Positions 27,118-38,301 of a stretch of DNA of 44,572 nucleotides are shown one piece after another (the stretch's first letter is position 1; every line of letters starts with the position of its first letter). The stretch is taken from contig JANQFD010000055.1 of NCBI GenBank assembly GCA_028278005.1, positions 1-44,572 of the forward strand. Direction: 5' to 3'. Below the pieces are notes generated by a model. The model saw nothing but the letters and a program-made list of their open reading frames with translations, was not told where the DNA came from and searched no databases. Source of the DNA: Chlorobium sp. (GTDB taxonomy: Bacteria > Bacteroidota > Chlorobiia > Chlorobiales > Chlorobiaceae). Both the position numbers and the translations under genes were made by a program.

Positions 27118-28698
27118 ATGTCTACAACAGTCAGGCCTGATGAGGTTTCGGCCATACTCCGCAAGCACCTGGCCGGGTTCGATTCGGAAGCGGATGTCTA
27201 TGATGTGGGAACCGTGCTCCAGGTGGGTGATGGTATTGCGCGTATTTATGGATTATCGAAGGTTGCAGCAGGTGAACTTCTCGAGTTTCCTGGCGATGTC
27301 ATGGGTATGGCATTGAACCTTGAAGAAGATAATGTCGGGGCTGTTCTGTTTGGTGAATCTGACTCGGTCAAGGAGGGGGATACTGTCAAAAGGACCGGTA
27401 TTCTCGCTTCGATTCCGGTAGGTGAGGCCATGCTCGGAAGAGTTATCAATCCGCTGGGTGAGCCGATTGACGGAAAAGGGCCGATCGACACCAAAATCCG
27501 TCTTCCTCTCGAGCGAAGGGCGCCGGGCGTTATTTTCCGTAAATCGGTGCATGAACCTCTTCAGACAGGTCTGAAGGCGATCGACTCCATGATCCCGATC
27601 GGGCGCGGCCAGCGAGAGCTGATAATCGGTGACCGACAGACAGGGAAAACCGCTGTTGCAATCGACACGATCATCAACCAGAAGGGCAAAGATGTTTTCT
27701 GTATTTATGTCGCGATAGGACAGAAAGGCTCGACGATCGCTCAGGTTGTCAATACTCTCGAGCAAAACGGTGCGATGGAATATACGACAGTTATTGCTGC
27801 GTCAGCTTCCGATCCGGCACCGATGCAGTTTATCGCTCCCTATGCGGGTGCGACTCTCGGTGAGTATTTCCGTGATACCGGCCGTCATGCACTGGTTATT
27901 TACGATGACCTTTCCAAGCAGGCGGTAGCCTATCGTCAGCTCTCTCTTCTGCTGCGCAGACCTCCGGGACGTGAGGCATACCCCGGCGATGTGTTTTATC
28001 TGCACTCCCGTCTTCTCGAACGGGCAGCTAAAATAACAGACGACCAGGAGACCGCAAAAAAAATGAACGACCTTCCCGAGCCGCTGAAGCCCATGGTCAA
28101 GGGGGGAGGAAGCCTTACCGCTTTGCCGATTATCGAGACCCAGGCAGGCGATGTGTCGGCCTACATTCCGACCAACGTTATTTCTATCACCGACGGTCAG
28201 ATCTTTCTTGAATCCAATCTTTTCAACGCCGGTCAGAGGCCTGCGATCAACGTCGGTATTTCGGTCTCGCGTGTGGGGGGCAGTGCCCAGATCAAGGCCA
28301 TGAAGAAGGTTGCAGGAACACTGCGTCTCGATCTTGCACAGTTTCGTGAGCTTGAGGCCTTTTCGAAATTCGGTTCTGACCTTGACAAGGCGACCAAGGC
28401 ACAGCTCGATCGCGGTGCACGCCTGGTTGAAATTCTCAAACAGGGGCAGTATGTACCGATGGCGGTTGAAAAACAGGTTGCCATTATTTTTGTCGGTACC
28501 CAGGGTCTCCTGGACAAGCTTGATGTGGATCATGTTCGCAGGTTTGAAGAAGAGTTTCTCAGCCTTCTTGAACATAAACATGCCGACCTGTTGAAAGCCA
28601 TTGCTGAAACCGGTCAGATGGACGCCGATGTTGCAAGCAGGCTGAAAGAGGTTGCTGAGCAGTTCCTCGGTACTTTCAGCGAGAAAGTAACAGCTTAG
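27118..28698 (+). CDS. atpA: F1 ATP synthase alpha subunit
   Basis: GDRQTGKT Walker [25 protein letters not shown] and SITDGQI. Confidence 0.98.
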   Translation: MSTTVRPDEVSAILRKHLAGFDSEADVYDVGTVLQVGDGIARIYGLSKVAAGELLEFPGDVMGMALNLEEDNVGAVLFGESDSVKEGDTVKRTGILASIPVGEAMLGRVINPLGEPIDGKGPIDTKIRLPLERRAPGVIFRKSVHEPLQTGLKAIDSMIPIGRGQRELIIGDRQTGKTAVAIDTIINQKGKDVFCIYVAIGQKGSTIAQVVNTLEQNGAMEYTTVIAASASDPAPMQFIAPYAGATLGEYFRDTGRHALVIYDDLSKQAVAYRQLSLLLRRPPGREAYPGDVFYLHSRLLERAAKITDDQETAKKMNDLPEPLKPMVKGGGSLTALPIIETQAGDVSAYIPTNVISITDGQIFLESNLFNAGQRPAINVGISVSRVGGSAQIKAMKKVAGTLRLDLAQFRELEAFSKFGSDLDKATKAQLDRGARLVEILKQGQYVPMAVEKQVAIIFVGTQGLLDKLDVDHVRRFEEEFLSLLEHKHADLLKAIAETGQMDADVASRLKEVAEQFLGTFSEKVTA

Positions 28699-28741
28699 GT
28701 GTCTCAGGGAATTCAGGCAATTCAACAACCACAGACTATTC

Positions 28742-29638
28742 ATGGCAACGTTAAAGGATATACGAACAAGGATTAAAAGCATCAAATCGACGCAGCAGGT
28801 CACCAAGGCAATGAAAATGGTATCTGCAGCCAAGCTGCGCAGGGCACAGGATTCTGCAATACAGGCTCGTCCTTACGCAGCAAAGCTTAAGGAGATGCTT
28901 GGTTCGCTTTCTTCAAGAGTCGATACAACGCTTAACCCTCTGCTTTCAGCACGTGAAGAGGTGAAAAAGGTGCTGGTTGTTCTTATTACTGCAGACAGGG
29001 GGCTGTGCGGAGCGTTCAATGCCAATATCATAAAGCTTGCACAGAAAATCGTGACGGAAGAGTATGGCGACCTTTACCGTGAGGGAAATGTAGAGATGCT
29101 CTGCGCGGGTACGAAAGGCAACGATTATTTCCGCAAACGCGGCTATGCGGTTGCCAAGGCTTATCCCGGCGTGTTCCAGAATCTCCATTTCAGTGTGGCT
29201 AAGGAGATAGCCGAATATGCTGCGGAGAGATACCTGACCGGAGAAGTCGACAGGGTGATAATGGTTTATAACGAATTCAAGTCGGTTCTTGCTCCTACCC
29301 TGAAAAGCGAGGTACTGCTTCCGATTTCACCGGAAGAGGACAAAGACGGTAAAGAAGACGAAAAAGGGTCGGCAAGCGATTACATCTATGAACCTTCACC
29401 TGCATCGATCATCGATGTGCTGGTGCCGAAGCATCTCAACACACAGGTCTGGAGAATGATGCTTGAATCCAATGCAGCCGAGCATGCTTCGCGTATGACA
29501 GCAATGGATTCTGCTACTGAGAATGCCAAGGAACTGCTCCGGGTTCTGAATATCAGTTATAACCGTGCGCGTCAGGCGGCTATCACGACAGAGCTCAGCG
29601 AGATTGTCGCGGGTGCTGATGCGTTGCAGGGAGAGTAA
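28742..29638 (+). CDS. atpG: F1 ATP synthase gamma subunit
   Basis: [17 protein letters not shown] and [16 protein letters not shown] motifs. Confidence 0.98.
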   Translation: MATLKDIRTRIKSIKSTQQVTKAMKMVSAAKLRRAQDSAIQARPYAAKLKEMLGSLSSRVDTTLNPLLSAREEVKKVLVVLITADRGLCGAFNANIIKLAQKIVTEEYGDLYREGNVEMLCAGTKGNDYFRKRGYAVAKAYPGVFQNLHFSVAKEIAEYAAERYLTGEVDRVIMVYNEFKSVLAPTLKSEVLLPISPEEDKDGKEDEKGSASDYIYEPSPASIIDVLVPKHLNTQVWRMMLESNAAEHASRMTAMDSATENAKELLRVLNISYNRARQAAITTELSEIVAGADALQGE

Positions 29639-29662
29639 CTTTCTGCTTTCATTTTCGTTTAA

Positions 29663-29693
29663 GCGCCCCGGCTGGTCGGGGCTCTTTTTTTTT
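29663..29693 (+). terminator. Rho-independent terminator of atpAG
   Basis: GCCCCGGC..GTCGGGGC stem followed by a long T run. Confidence 0.85.
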
Positions 29694-29805
29694 CTGCGGC
29701 AATGCGATCGAATCGGGAGGTTTGATCCTTTGTATAAATGATTTGTATCTTTGACCTTGATTTTCCCCAGGGTCGTGACATATACCATATAAATGCAAGA
29801 CAGGC

Positions 29806-32265
29806 ATGAAGGTTTTGAAATTTGGCGGCACATCTATAAAGGATGCTGACAGGATCAGAAATGTTCTGAGTATAATCGGCAGAACAGCACAAGAGAGTGA
29901 TATCATCGTGGTGGTTTCGGCTATCCGAAAGGTGACCGATCTGCTTCTGGATGCTGCGGTTACGGCCAGCAAGGGAGATGCCGGTTACAGCAAAAGACTC
30001 AGTGAGATCGAGACTCTTCACAGAGGACTTGTTGAGGATCTTATTACGGCTGACGGGCGAAAAGAGGTAGAGGAATATCTGCGGAAGGAGTTGAATGAGC
30101 TGGGTGATGTTTTGCATGGAGTCAGCCTGCTTCGAGAACTTTCCGACAAAAGCAGGGCTCTCATCATGAGTTTCGGAGAACGTTTTTCAGCCCTGATCAT
30201 CAGCAGCTATCTCCGTCAGGAAGGATTGGAGGCTTCATACGCGGATGCAAGAAACATGATTGTAACCGATACCAATCACTGTGACGCCAGGGTTGATATG
30301 AAAGCCTCGGCAAAGCGTATCAAGGCATGGTTCAAAGAGGCGAAAGGTATCCAGGTTGTCACGGGTTATATCGGGACCGCGCCGGATGGTACGACAACGA
30401 CACTCGGCAGAGGGGGGTCTGACTATAGCGCAACCATAATCGGTTCGGCGCTCGGGGCGGATGAAATACAGGTGTGGACCGACGTTGACGGTTTTTTCAG
30501 CGCCGACCCGAAAAGGGTCAGAGATGCATATGTGATTCCGTTTATCAGTTACGGGGAGGCGATGGAACTATCACATTCCGGAGCGAAGGTGCTGCATCCC
30601 TATTCCGTCCACCCGGCGATGAAATCCGGAATCCCCATTACTATCAGAAATTCATACAACCCTGATGCAGAAGGAACCCATATCGGGGGAGCGGATAAAA
30701 ACGATGAGCGTGCCGAAAGGCCCGTTACCGGTCTGAGCTCGATCAACAACGTCGTTTTACTTACCCTGTCCGGAAGCGGTATGATAGGGGTTCCAGGCAT
30801 TGCCTCCAGGCTTTTCAGTTGTCTGGCTCGGCACATGATCAACATTATTTTCATATCCCAGGCATCCTCCGAGCAATCCATAAGTCTTGTCGTCAATCTT
30901 GCACAGGCTGAGAAAGCCAGGCGGGTTCTTGAAGAAGAGTTCTCCCCCGAGATCACTGCACGACAGGTTGAATCGTTAGCGGTAAGGAAGCGCATAGCGA
31001 TAATTGCGGTTGTCGGTAACAACATGTCGGGGCATCCGGGTGTTTCCGCACACCTTTTCGAAACTCTCGGCAAGAACGGCATCAATGTCATTGCGGTTGC
31101 TCAGGGAGCAAACGAAATGAATATCTCGTTCGTGATCGACAACCAGGACGAGGACAAGGCGCTGAACTGTATACATGAGTCATTCTTTCTTTCCCGCCGG
31201 AAGGTGCACGTATTTATTGCAGGAACAGGCACTATTGCCAAAAGCCTCATGGGACAGATCAGGGATCACAGTCTTACACTGAGAAAAGAGATGAATCTGG
31301 ATGTTGTTGTCAGTGGTATGGCCAATACGCGAATGAAGGTGTTCAGGAACGACGGCATTGATCTTGACACATGGGAGAACGCTCTCGAACCAAGAGATGA
31401 CGGGAAAACCATCGGCGATTATGTCGCCGGCATAAAGGCGAGAAACCTGCACAATACCATATTCGTGGATTGTACCGCGAGCGGTGACGTTGCCGAAAGC
31501 TATCCGGATCTTCTCGCATCGAACATATCGGTTGTTACGGCAAACAAGCTTGGTATGGCCGGTTCATGGAAACTGTTTGAAACCATAAGGAGCGCACAAC
31601 AGTCCTCCAATGCCCGTTTTCTTTATGAAACCAATGTTGGGGCCGGTCTTCCGATTATCAATACACTCAACGATCTGAAGAACAGCGGCGACAGGATCAT
31701 CAGGATCGAGGGCGTGCTTTCAGGAACCCTGAGTTATATCTTCAATGAACTTCGCAAGGGAGGAAAATTCAGTGAGATTGTCAGGAAAGCCAGAGCGGCA
31801 GGCTATACCGAACCCGATCCCCGTGAAGATCTCTCAGGTGCGGATTTCGCCAGGAAATTTCTCATACTTGGCAGGGAACTCGGCTACAGGCTGAATTATG
31901 AGGATATCGATTGTGAGAGCCTGGTTCCCGAAAATCTGAGGGGTGAGATGAGCGTGGAGGCGTTTCTGGAAGAACTTGGTTCTGTAGACTCCGACTACGA
32001 GGCGAGAATAAGCAAGGCCGCTGAACGCGACATGACCATTGCCTATACAGGTGAGATCAGTGAAGGAAAAGCACGTATCAGTGTAAACATGCTGCCGGTT
32101 TCAAATCCTGTTGCCGGATTGAACGGCACGGAAAACATGGTGGTGTTCACTACGGACCGTTACCTTGATACGCCTCTTGTTGTCAAGGGTCCGGGTGCCG
32201 GGGGTGAAGTGACGGCGGGGGGCGTATTCGCCGATATTTTACGCATAGCCGGTTATCTTGTATAA
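29806..32265 (+). CDS. thrA: Bifunctional aspartokinase/homoserine dehydrogenase I
   Basis: KFGGTS, LGRGGSDYSA, two ACT domains, YETNVGAGLP, GYTEPDPREDLSG and GPGAG motifs. Confidence 0.97.
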   Translation: MKVLKFGGTSIKDADRIRNVLSIIGRTAQESDIIVVVSAIRKVTDLLLDAAVTASKGDAGYSKRLSEIETLHRGLVEDLITADGRKEVEEYLRKELNELGDVLHGVSLLRELSDKSRALIMSFGERFSALIISSYLRQEGLEASYADARNMIVTDTNHCDARVDMKASAKRIKAWFKEAKGIQVVTGYIGTAPDGTTTTLGRGGSDYSATIIGSALGADEIQVWTDVDGFFSADPKRVRDAYVIPFISYGEAMELSHSGAKVLHPYSVHPAMKSGIPITIRNSYNPDAEGTHIGGADKNDERAERPVTGLSSINNVVLLTLSGSGMIGVPGIASRLFSCLARHMINIIFISQASSEQSISLVVNLAQAEKARRVLEEEFSPEITARQVESLAVRKRIAIIAVVGNNMSGHPGVSAHLFETLGKNGINVIAVAQGANEMNISFVIDNQDEDKALNCIHESFFLSRRKVHVFIAGTGTIAKSLMGQIRDHSLTLRKEMNLDVVVSGMANTRMKVFRNDGIDLDTWENALEPRDDGKTIGDYVAGIKARNLHNTIFVDCTASGDVAESYPDLLASNISVVTANKLGMAGSWKLFETIRSAQQSSNARFLYETNVGAGLPIINTLNDLKNSGDRIIRIEGVLSGTLSYIFNELRKGGKFSEIVRKARAAGYTEPDPREDLSGADFARKFLILGRELGYRLNYEDIDCESLVPENLRGEMSVEAFLEELGSVDSDYEARISKAAERDMTIAYTGEISEGKARISVNMLPVSNPVAGLNGTENMVVFTTDRYLDTPLVVKGPGAGGEVTAGGVFADILRIAGYLV

Positions 32266-32304
32266 ACGGGACTTTCTCGAGCATCTCTATCCTCTGAGTA
32301 CGGC

Positions 32305-33582
32305 ATGATTGCGGAGATCATTTCCATAGGTGATGAATTGTTGACCGGACAGAAGGTCAATACCAATGCGCGCCTCATCTGTTCCGAACTTGCCGGAGCG
32401 GGTGTCGGAGTGAAAAGGATCATTGTCTGTTCCGACAGCGAGGAGGCAATAACCGGACAGATTGCCGATTCCCTTGGAAGATCGGATATCGTGCTGGTCA
32501 CGGGCGGGCTCGGCCCGACACGTGACGACAGAACAAGGCAGGCGGTCAAGGCTTTTCTGAAGAGGGAGCTTGTGCTCGACAAGGGGGTTTACGCGCGCAC
32601 AATTGAACGCTACCGCAGTAGCGGAAGAGAGCCTGCGGCTTACCTCGAACAGAATGCGATGGTCATTGACGGGGCTATGGTGATTCCCAATGAAAAGGGG
32701 CTCGCACCGGGCATGATCATAACCTGCGATGATGAGTTCCGGGAGCGCTTTCTTGTTTTGATGCCGGGAGTTCCCCAGGAAATGGAGGCCATGATCCAAA
32801 GCACGGTTGTTCCCTTTTTTACGGACAGGTCCGGCACCGTTATCGTTCATTCGCACATTAAAGCAACAGGGATCGGCGAAACAGGCTTTGCGGATATCAT
32901 TCATGACATCGAGGACAATTTACCGGACGGCACATCACTGGCCTATCTTCCACATGCTGCGGGGGTAAATCTCCGTGTCAGTTCGATCGGCAATGATAAA
33001 CAAGGTGTCGAGAAAGATAACCGGGACGTTGTTGAATCGATCGTTGGTGCAGCAGAAGAGTTTGTCTTTGCTACAGCCGATATTTCCCTCGAAGAATGCA
33101 TAGGCGGCATGCTGCAGACCCGAGGATTGAGGATCGCTGTTGCGGAATCCTGTACCGGAGGTCTTATCGCATCGAGGCTGACCGATATATCCGGTTCTTC
33201 ACGTTATTTTGAGCAGGGATACGTCGTCTACAGCAACGAATCCAAGGAAAGGAACCTCGGAGTACGGCAGGTAACGCTGGAAACGTATGGAGCGGTAAGC
33301 GAAGAAGTCGCAGCAGAGATGGCTGAAGGATGTCTGTTGAAAGCCGGCGCAGATATTGCGGTATCCTCTACCGGTATAGCCGGGCCGGATGGCGGAACGG
33401 AGCAAAAACCGGTCGGTATGGTGTGTCTCGGACTTGCCTGCCGCAAAGATAACGGCAGCGTTGATAGTTACACGACAACGTTTTCTACCAACGGGGACCG
33501 TTTGCGTAATAAAATCCGGTTCAGCGAAGCGGCTTTGAGAATGGTGTGGAAAAAGCTTAAAAGTTTACCAGCGCAAGGTTGA
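32305..33582 (+). CDS. cinA: CinA (molybdopterin-binding-like domain plus PncC NMN deamidase)
   Basis: IGDELLTG..NTN, GGLGPTRDD, PGVP, AESCTGG and TGIAGPDGG motifs. Confidence 0.93.
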   Translation: MIAEIISIGDELLTGQKVNTNARLICSELAGAGVGVKRIIVCSDSEEAITGQIADSLGRSDIVLVTGGLGPTRDDRTRQAVKAFLKRELVLDKGVYARTIERYRSSGREPAAYLEQNAMVIDGAMVIPNEKGLAPGMIITCDDEFRERFLVLMPGVPQEMEAMIQSTVVPFFTDRSGTVIVHSHIKATGIGETGFADIIHDIEDNLPDGTSLAYLPHAAGVNLRVSSIGNDKQGVEKDNRDVVESIVGAAEEFVFATADISLEECIGGMLQTRGLRIAVAESCTGGLIASRLTDISGSSRYFEQGYVVYSNESKERNLGVRQVTLETYGAVSEEVAAEMAEGCLLKAGADIAVSSTGIAGPDGGTEQKPVGMVCLGLACRKDNGSVDSYTTTFSTNGDRLRNKIRFSEAALRMVWKKLKSLPAQG

Positions 33583-34087
33583 ACGTGTAGCGAATGCCAT
33601 CCTGGTCTTTACTTGCCTCCACGAAAAGGGTGTCCTTGCCGGTGATGCGATAGCTTCCTGTTATGGTTTTGCCTTTCCTGTCCTTTTTTTTCTTTTTTTC
33701 GTTAACAGTAATGATTCCTTCATTGATGTGGAGGGTGAGGTTGTTTCCCTGAATATCGATAGCTCCGTTACCCAGATAGCCGTAACTGCTGCCGAAAAAC
33801 GAACCGTTTGCCTCAATGGTATAGTTTCGGTCAACGGTTATCGACCCTTCAGCTTCAAAGGTGTTGATCGGTATAGGTACCTTGAGAAAGTCCGGAGTTA
33901 CCGATGCACTGACAAGCTTCCAGTTACCGATGAGTTTTTCGGAATCCGAAGCTGCATCATCTTTGGCTTTTTCGGTTTTAGTGTAAAAAGGGGGGGCGGG
34001 GATGCTGCGGGTAAGCGAGGCAAAGCCGGCTGCTCCCGACAAAACGAAGACCAATGCCAGCGCCCATATGGTTCTTTTCCTGTTCAT
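33557..34087 (-). CDS. Exported hypothetical protein, lipocalin-like
   Basis: Signal peptide; LIGNWKLVS (GxW) followed by beta-strand pattern; 26-bp convergent overlap with cinA. Confidence 0.6.
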   Translation of the reverse strand: MNRKRTIWALALVFVLSGAAGFASLTRSIPAPPFYTKTEKAKDDAASDSEKLIGNWKLVSASVTPDFLKVPIPINTFEAEGSITVDRNYTIEANGSFFGSSYGYLGNGAIDIQGNNLTLHINEGIITVNEKKKKKDRKGKTITGSYRITGKDTLFVEASKDQDGIRYTFNLALVNF

Positions 34088-34300
34088 AGTGTTCTTTACT
34101 TGCTGTAATCATGCTTGAAGTGCCCTGTAAGGCAGGTAAACAATAAAGAAGATAGTATAACAACAATAAGGGTTGTACAGAAGTTTTTTCAGCCTGTGTT
34201 GAGCGTTTCAAAATACGCTGTATATATATTCATTAGTTAATCCTAAATTGAGCGATTGCCAATCATGCCGTCCTTTGCAGATGCATGGAGTTCAGCTGTG

Positions 34301-34317
34301 TTCCGACAAGTCGGGAA
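34301..34317. repeat. Stand-alone REP-like hairpin
   Basis: TTCCGACAAGTCGGGA, a one-mismatch version of the hairpin inside the MITE copies. Confidence 0.55.
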
Positions 34318-34498
34318 TGCCGTTTACCGGTAACGAAGCAGGTTCGCTGTGATCGGCATTGCCCGGAACGCTCAGTTCAGATGAATGTAAGTCTTCAGTG
34401 AAAAAATAGTCCTTGTTGATCCCTTTGCCTGAAAAGCGTTGCATGGTAAAACGCAGGATGTCATTACCCGTTCAACTACGATAAACACAGACCGTATT

Positions 34499-36373
34499 AT
34501 GCCGAGTATTCAGAGGTTACCCGATATTGTGGCCAACAAGATCTCAGCCGGCGAGGTTGTCCAGCGCCCGGCTTCGGTGGTTAAAGAGCTGTTGGAAAAT
34601 GCCATCGACGCCGGTGCAACCCGTATTGTCGTTTCAATCAAAGACGCAGGAAAACAGCTTGTTCAGGTGATAGATAACGGGTCAGGCATGGAAGAATCGG
34701 ATGCGCTGTCATGTGTTGAGCGTTTTGCGACCAGCAAGATCAGAAGCGCTGAAGAACTTGAAGCTCTCGGTACTCTCGGGTTTAGAGGGGAAGCACTTGC
34801 CAGCATTTCCGCAGTCTCCCATTTCGAGCTGAAGACACGCCATGATGGCGGTGAGATAGGTATGCTGCTTCGATATGAAGGGGGAGAGCTTTCGGAACAG
34901 GTCAAGAACGCTTGTGAGGTTGGTACTTCGATAAGCGTGAGGAACCTTTTTTATAACGTTCCAGCCCGAAGGAAATTTCTTAAAACCAATGCGACGGAAT
35001 TCAGGCACATTTTCGAGGTTGTAAAAGCACAGGTACTTGCCTATCCGGAGATCGAATGGCAGATGTTCAATGATGACGAGGAACTGTTCGATTTCAGGAG
35101 TTCCGATATCCATGAACGTTTAAACTTTTTTTTCGGCGACGACTTTTCCGCCAGCCTTTCAGAGGTTCATGAGGAAAACGATTTTCTCTCCCTGCACGGC
35201 TATCTCGGAAAACCGTCAATGCAGAAGCGCCAGAAACATGAACAGTATATCTATATAAACAGGCGTGTCGTTCAGAATCGAATGCTTTCCCAGGCTCTAC
35301 AGCAGGCATACGGTGAATTGCTTGAAGATCGTCATGTTCCGTTCGCTCTGCTGTTTCTCGGGATCGATGCACGGCAAATCGATGTCAATGTTCATCCTGC
35401 AAAGCTCGAGGTCAAGTTCGAGGACGACAGGAGTGTGAGGAGTATGTTTTATACGATTATCAGGAGGACAGTGCGACTCCAGGATTTTTCTCCTGATGTC
35501 GTCGACCGGGATCTGGCCGGAAAGAGCCGGGGTTTCAGTGGGAAGCTCCCTCAAGAGAATGCCGCAACGTTGAAATTTCCGGATGTTCCTTCACGTTCTT
35601 CGACAACGGATGATCTTTACAGAGAATTTCGGGACAGTATTGCGGAAACAAGGGACTCGGGAAGATCGGTTGTCAATGAGCAGGCAGGGTTATTTGCTCA
35701 GAAGCCGGATCTCTATAATGAGCCCTCAGGTGAAGAACCACACGGCGAATTCAAGCGCATTCCTGCGAGGTTTCTTGACGACGAGCAACCGGAACCGGAA
35801 GAATCGGAGACGAAAATATGGCAGTTGCACAACAAATACATCTGTTGCCAGATCAGGCAGGGATTGATGCTTATTGATCAGCATGTCGCCCACGAGAGGG
35901 TGCTGTATGAGCGGGCGATTGATATTATGGACAACAATGTTCCGAATTCCCAGCAACTGCTTTTTCCCCAGAAGATCGAACTGAATCCCTGGGAGTATGA
36001 GATCTACCGGGAAATATGCGATGATCTCGGCAGGCTGGGTTTTAATCTCGGCGCATTCGGAGCAAGGACTGTGATGATAGAAGGTGTCCCTCAGGATGTT
36101 CGAAGTGGCTCCGAAACATTTATCCTGCAGGACATGATTCATGAGTATCAGCAGAATGCAGAAAAACTGAAGCTTGAAAAACGTGAAAATCTGGCGAAAT
36201 CCTACTCCTGCCGCAATGCTATAATGAGTGGTCAGAAGCTGAGCCTTGAAGAGATGCGATCACTGATCGACAAGCTGTTTGCGACCGGAATGCCCTATGT
36301 TTGCCCTCATGGTCGTCCGGTCATCATCAGAATAATGCTCGACCAGCTTGACAGAATGTTCGGCAGGAAGTAG
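34499..36373 (+). CDS. mutL: DNA mismatch repair endonuclease MutL
   Basis: ISAGEVVQRPASVVKELLENAIDAGA, GFRGEAL, DQHVAHERVLYE endonuclease motif, SCR and CPHGRP. Confidence 0.97.
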   Translation: MPSIQRLPDIVANKISAGEVVQRPASVVKELLENAIDAGATRIVVSIKDAGKQLVQVIDNGSGMEESDALSCVERFATSKIRSAEELEALGTLGFRGEALASISAVSHFELKTRHDGGEIGMLLRYEGGELSEQVKNACEVGTSISVRNLFYNVPARRKFLKTNATEFRHIFEVVKAQVLAYPEIEWQMFNDDEELFDFRSSDIHERLNFFFGDDFSASLSEVHEENDFLSLHGYLGKPSMQKRQKHEQYIYINRRVVQNRMLSQALQQAYGELLEDRHVPFALLFLGIDARQIDVNVHPAKLEVKFEDDRSVRSMFYTIIRRTVRLQDFSPDVVDRDLAGKSRGFSGKLPQENAATLKFPDVPSRSSTTDDLYREFRDSIAETRDSGRSVVNEQAGLFAQKPDLYNEPSGEEPHGEFKRIPARFLDDEQPEPEESETKIWQLHNKYICCQIRQGLMLIDQHVAHERVLYERAIDIMDNNVPNSQQLLFPQKIELNPWEYEIYREICDDLGRLGFNLGAFGARTVMIEGVPQDVRSGSETFILQDMIHEYQQNAEKLKLEKRENLAKSYSCRNAIMSGQKLSLEEMRSLIDKLFATGMPYVCPHGRPVIIRIMLDQLDRMFGRK

Positions 36374-36413
36374 ATTTTGGGTGGTATGAGAAAAGTATTA
36401 CATTTATCCCCAT

Positions 36414-36486
36414 ACCCTTGTAGCTCAGTGGATAGAGCAACAGTTTCCTAAACTGTGGGTCGGCAGTTCGAGTCTGCCCAAGGGTA
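36414..36486 (+). tRNA. tRNA-Arg (anticodon CCT)
   Basis: ACCCTTG/CAAGGGT acceptor stem, GCTCAGTGGATAGAGC D-arm, ACAGT-TTCCTAA-ACTGT anticodon arm, GGCAG-TTCGAGT-CTGCC T-arm; CCA not encoded. Confidence 0.95.
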
Positions 36487-36544
36487 CGAAACCCCTGATC
36501 TCTTTTATACCGCCAACCCGTTTCTGCGAGCCGTTTTTTCCGGT

Positions 36545-37075
36545 TTATTGGCAATCGCCATCACCTTCGAAATTCGGGTCGTACTGATCCCAGAGCCAAC
36601 CAGCCACTTTTTCCAGTTCTTCATCCGGCAATGTCATTGCGGGCATGATTCCGAACCTTTCAAACGTCTTTGGGCCGAGAATTGATTTTCCGATAGATGG
36701 GGCTTTCATGTACGATACCATATCGGCGACGGCTCCTTCTTTCTTGCTGTACCGCGCCCGGTATTGGCCGGCAAGTGCAACAATTGAAGGGGCGCTTGTT
36801 GCCGGCGGTGCAAGGGTGTGACATTCCTTGCAATTCTTGGCGTAGATAGCCTCGCACTCTTTGGCCGTAGCGTCAACTGTTGTTTCTTTTGCTATGGCAT
36901 TATTGCCGGCTTCTTCTACAGCTGCGGTTTTCGTTTCTGCAGGGTTTTCTGTTTCCCCGGACGATATCTGCTGTTCTTCGGGAAGCGAGGCATTTTGCTG
37001 CTGGCAGGATGTCATTGCGGCAGCCGATGTAATCAAAAACACACTCAGTGCAAGCGGTGAAAAAAAACGTTTCAT
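36545..37075 (-). CDS. Lipoprotein monoheme cytochrome c
   Basis: Lipobox MTSC, acidic linker, CKECH heme motif, GIMPAM candidate Met ligand. Confidence 0.88.
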   Translation of the reverse strand: MKRFFSPLALSVFLITSAAAMTSCQQQNASLPEEQQISSGETENPAETKTAAVEEAGNNAIAKETTVDATAKECEAIYAKNCKECHTLAPPATSAPSIVALAGQYRARYSKKEGAVADMVSYMKAPSIGKSILGPKTFERFGIMPAMTLPDEELEKVAGWLWDQYDPNFEGDGDCQ

Positions 37076-37299
37076 GTTGATCTCTTATTGGTTTCAGTAT
37101 TTATCGTTGATTGACAACAGTAGTCGATTTTTGCTGGAACTGTCAAAGTCTGTGGGTCATGTATAATACTAAAAAGCTTTTTTTTGTTCAGCATGATTTA
37201 TGCAGGTCGGCACAGCGTGAACAGTGCTGAAACAATCATGACTCCTGCTGTTGGTTATGGCATAAACCGGATCAGGATGTACGGCTTGGTTACCTCTCT

Positions 37300-37394
37300 G
37301 GTCCCGGCAGGCCGGGACATGAGGGCTTCTCTCGCTCAGCCCGCCACTGAAGTCTCTATTCTGTCCGGGCTCGCGACAATGGATAGAGGTGCCC
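37300..37394 (-). mobile_element. MITE remnant (half copy)
   Basis: Ends in ATAGAGGTGCCC (TIR) at 37394; GTCCCGGCAGGCCGGGACATGAGGGCTTC approximates the reverse complement of the gaaaccctcatgtcccgacaggtcggg core. Confidence 0.7.
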
Positions 37395-37440
37395 TCCGGT
37401 GAATCATGATATAAAACTGACGACTGAAATGCAAGATTGT

Positions 37441-38289
37441 CTATTCATGGAAAGCTACGGCACCGTAGCCCACGACAGATTCCCGGTCGGCGAAGGGCGC
37501 GTCGCCGCTGGAGGTATAATGCAGTGCGGTTGCTTGAAGGGATAGATGATCGGCTGCCAGCATAACCGTTTTTAAGCCGTCCGGACCGCAGAATAGCGTG
37601 ACTTCGCGGGGAATATGACGCTGCAGGGTCTCCCGTTCGTGCTTTTCGAGACCCATGATATCCTTTTTGACAATATAGCGCATTGTTTCCCGATCGATCG
37701 CAACGGCATCGCTCATCGACGGGTAGTGTGACAGGTCTGTGCTTGCAATGATGAGATCATCCGTGCCGAGTTCTGTAAGCAGCATCTTTGCCGATGTTTG
37801 ATAGATGTCTCCCGGATTGCTTCCGAAAAGCATGGGAAGAATGGAAAAACCCGTGCTCAGGGAGCGTTGCAGAAAGGGCAGTTGTACTTCCAGAACGTGA
37901 TCTGATTGATGAGCTGTCGTTGAAAGTGAAACAAGCTCAGGGTAGTTGTCGCGCAACTGCACAGCAAGGGCGGTATTTACGGGGACGTCGCCCAGTGGTG
38001 ACCTCCAGATGTGATGCCCATCGATTGCAATGCCCTCAAAGCATTGAGCATGGGTGTTTCCCATGATGAAAACGGTCTTGTATGGTCTGTTTCTCAGTAC
38101 GGAATAGGCTGCAGCCGCTGTTGCACCGCTGAAACGGTACCCCGCATGGGGGACAACAAGAGCCCTTATGTTTCCGGGATGCTCTGTACATGTTGTTTTC
38201 AAAAGGTCGTCGACAGCCGTTTGAAGCCTGGAAGGGTCTGACGGATAGAATGATCCCGCTGCAGCAGGAAATCTGACAGTTGATTCCAT
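37441..38289 (-). CDS. amrB: AmmeMemoRadiSam system protein B (MEMO1 family)
   Basis: RFPAAAGSFYP, VPHAGYRFSG, HVLEVQLPFLQ, ASTDLSHY and SVVGYG motifs. Confidence 0.9.
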   Translation of the reverse strand: MESTVRFPAAAGSFYPSDPSRLQTAVDDLLKTTCTEHPGNIRALVVPHAGYRFSGATAAAAYSVLRNRPYKTVFIMGNTHAQCFEGIAIDGHHIWRSPLGDVPVNTALAVQLRDNYPELVSLSTTAHQSDHVLEVQLPFLQRSLSTGFSILPMLFGSNPGDIYQTSAKMLLTELGTDDLIIASTDLSHYPSMSDAVAIDRETMRYIVKKDIMGLEKHERETLQRHIPREVTLFCGPDGLKTVMLAADHLSLQATALHYTSSGDAPFADRESVVGYGAVAFHE

Positions 38290-38301
38290 GATGTGTTCCT
38301 T

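Noticed and set aside
27802-28833. 343-aa antisense ORF over atpA
   Set aside because: Shadow ORF of a highly conserved gene with biased codons; no recognisable motifs.
29694-29805. thrL-type attenuator before thrA
   Set aside because: No Thr/Ile-rich leader peptide; the nearby terminator is explained by atpG.
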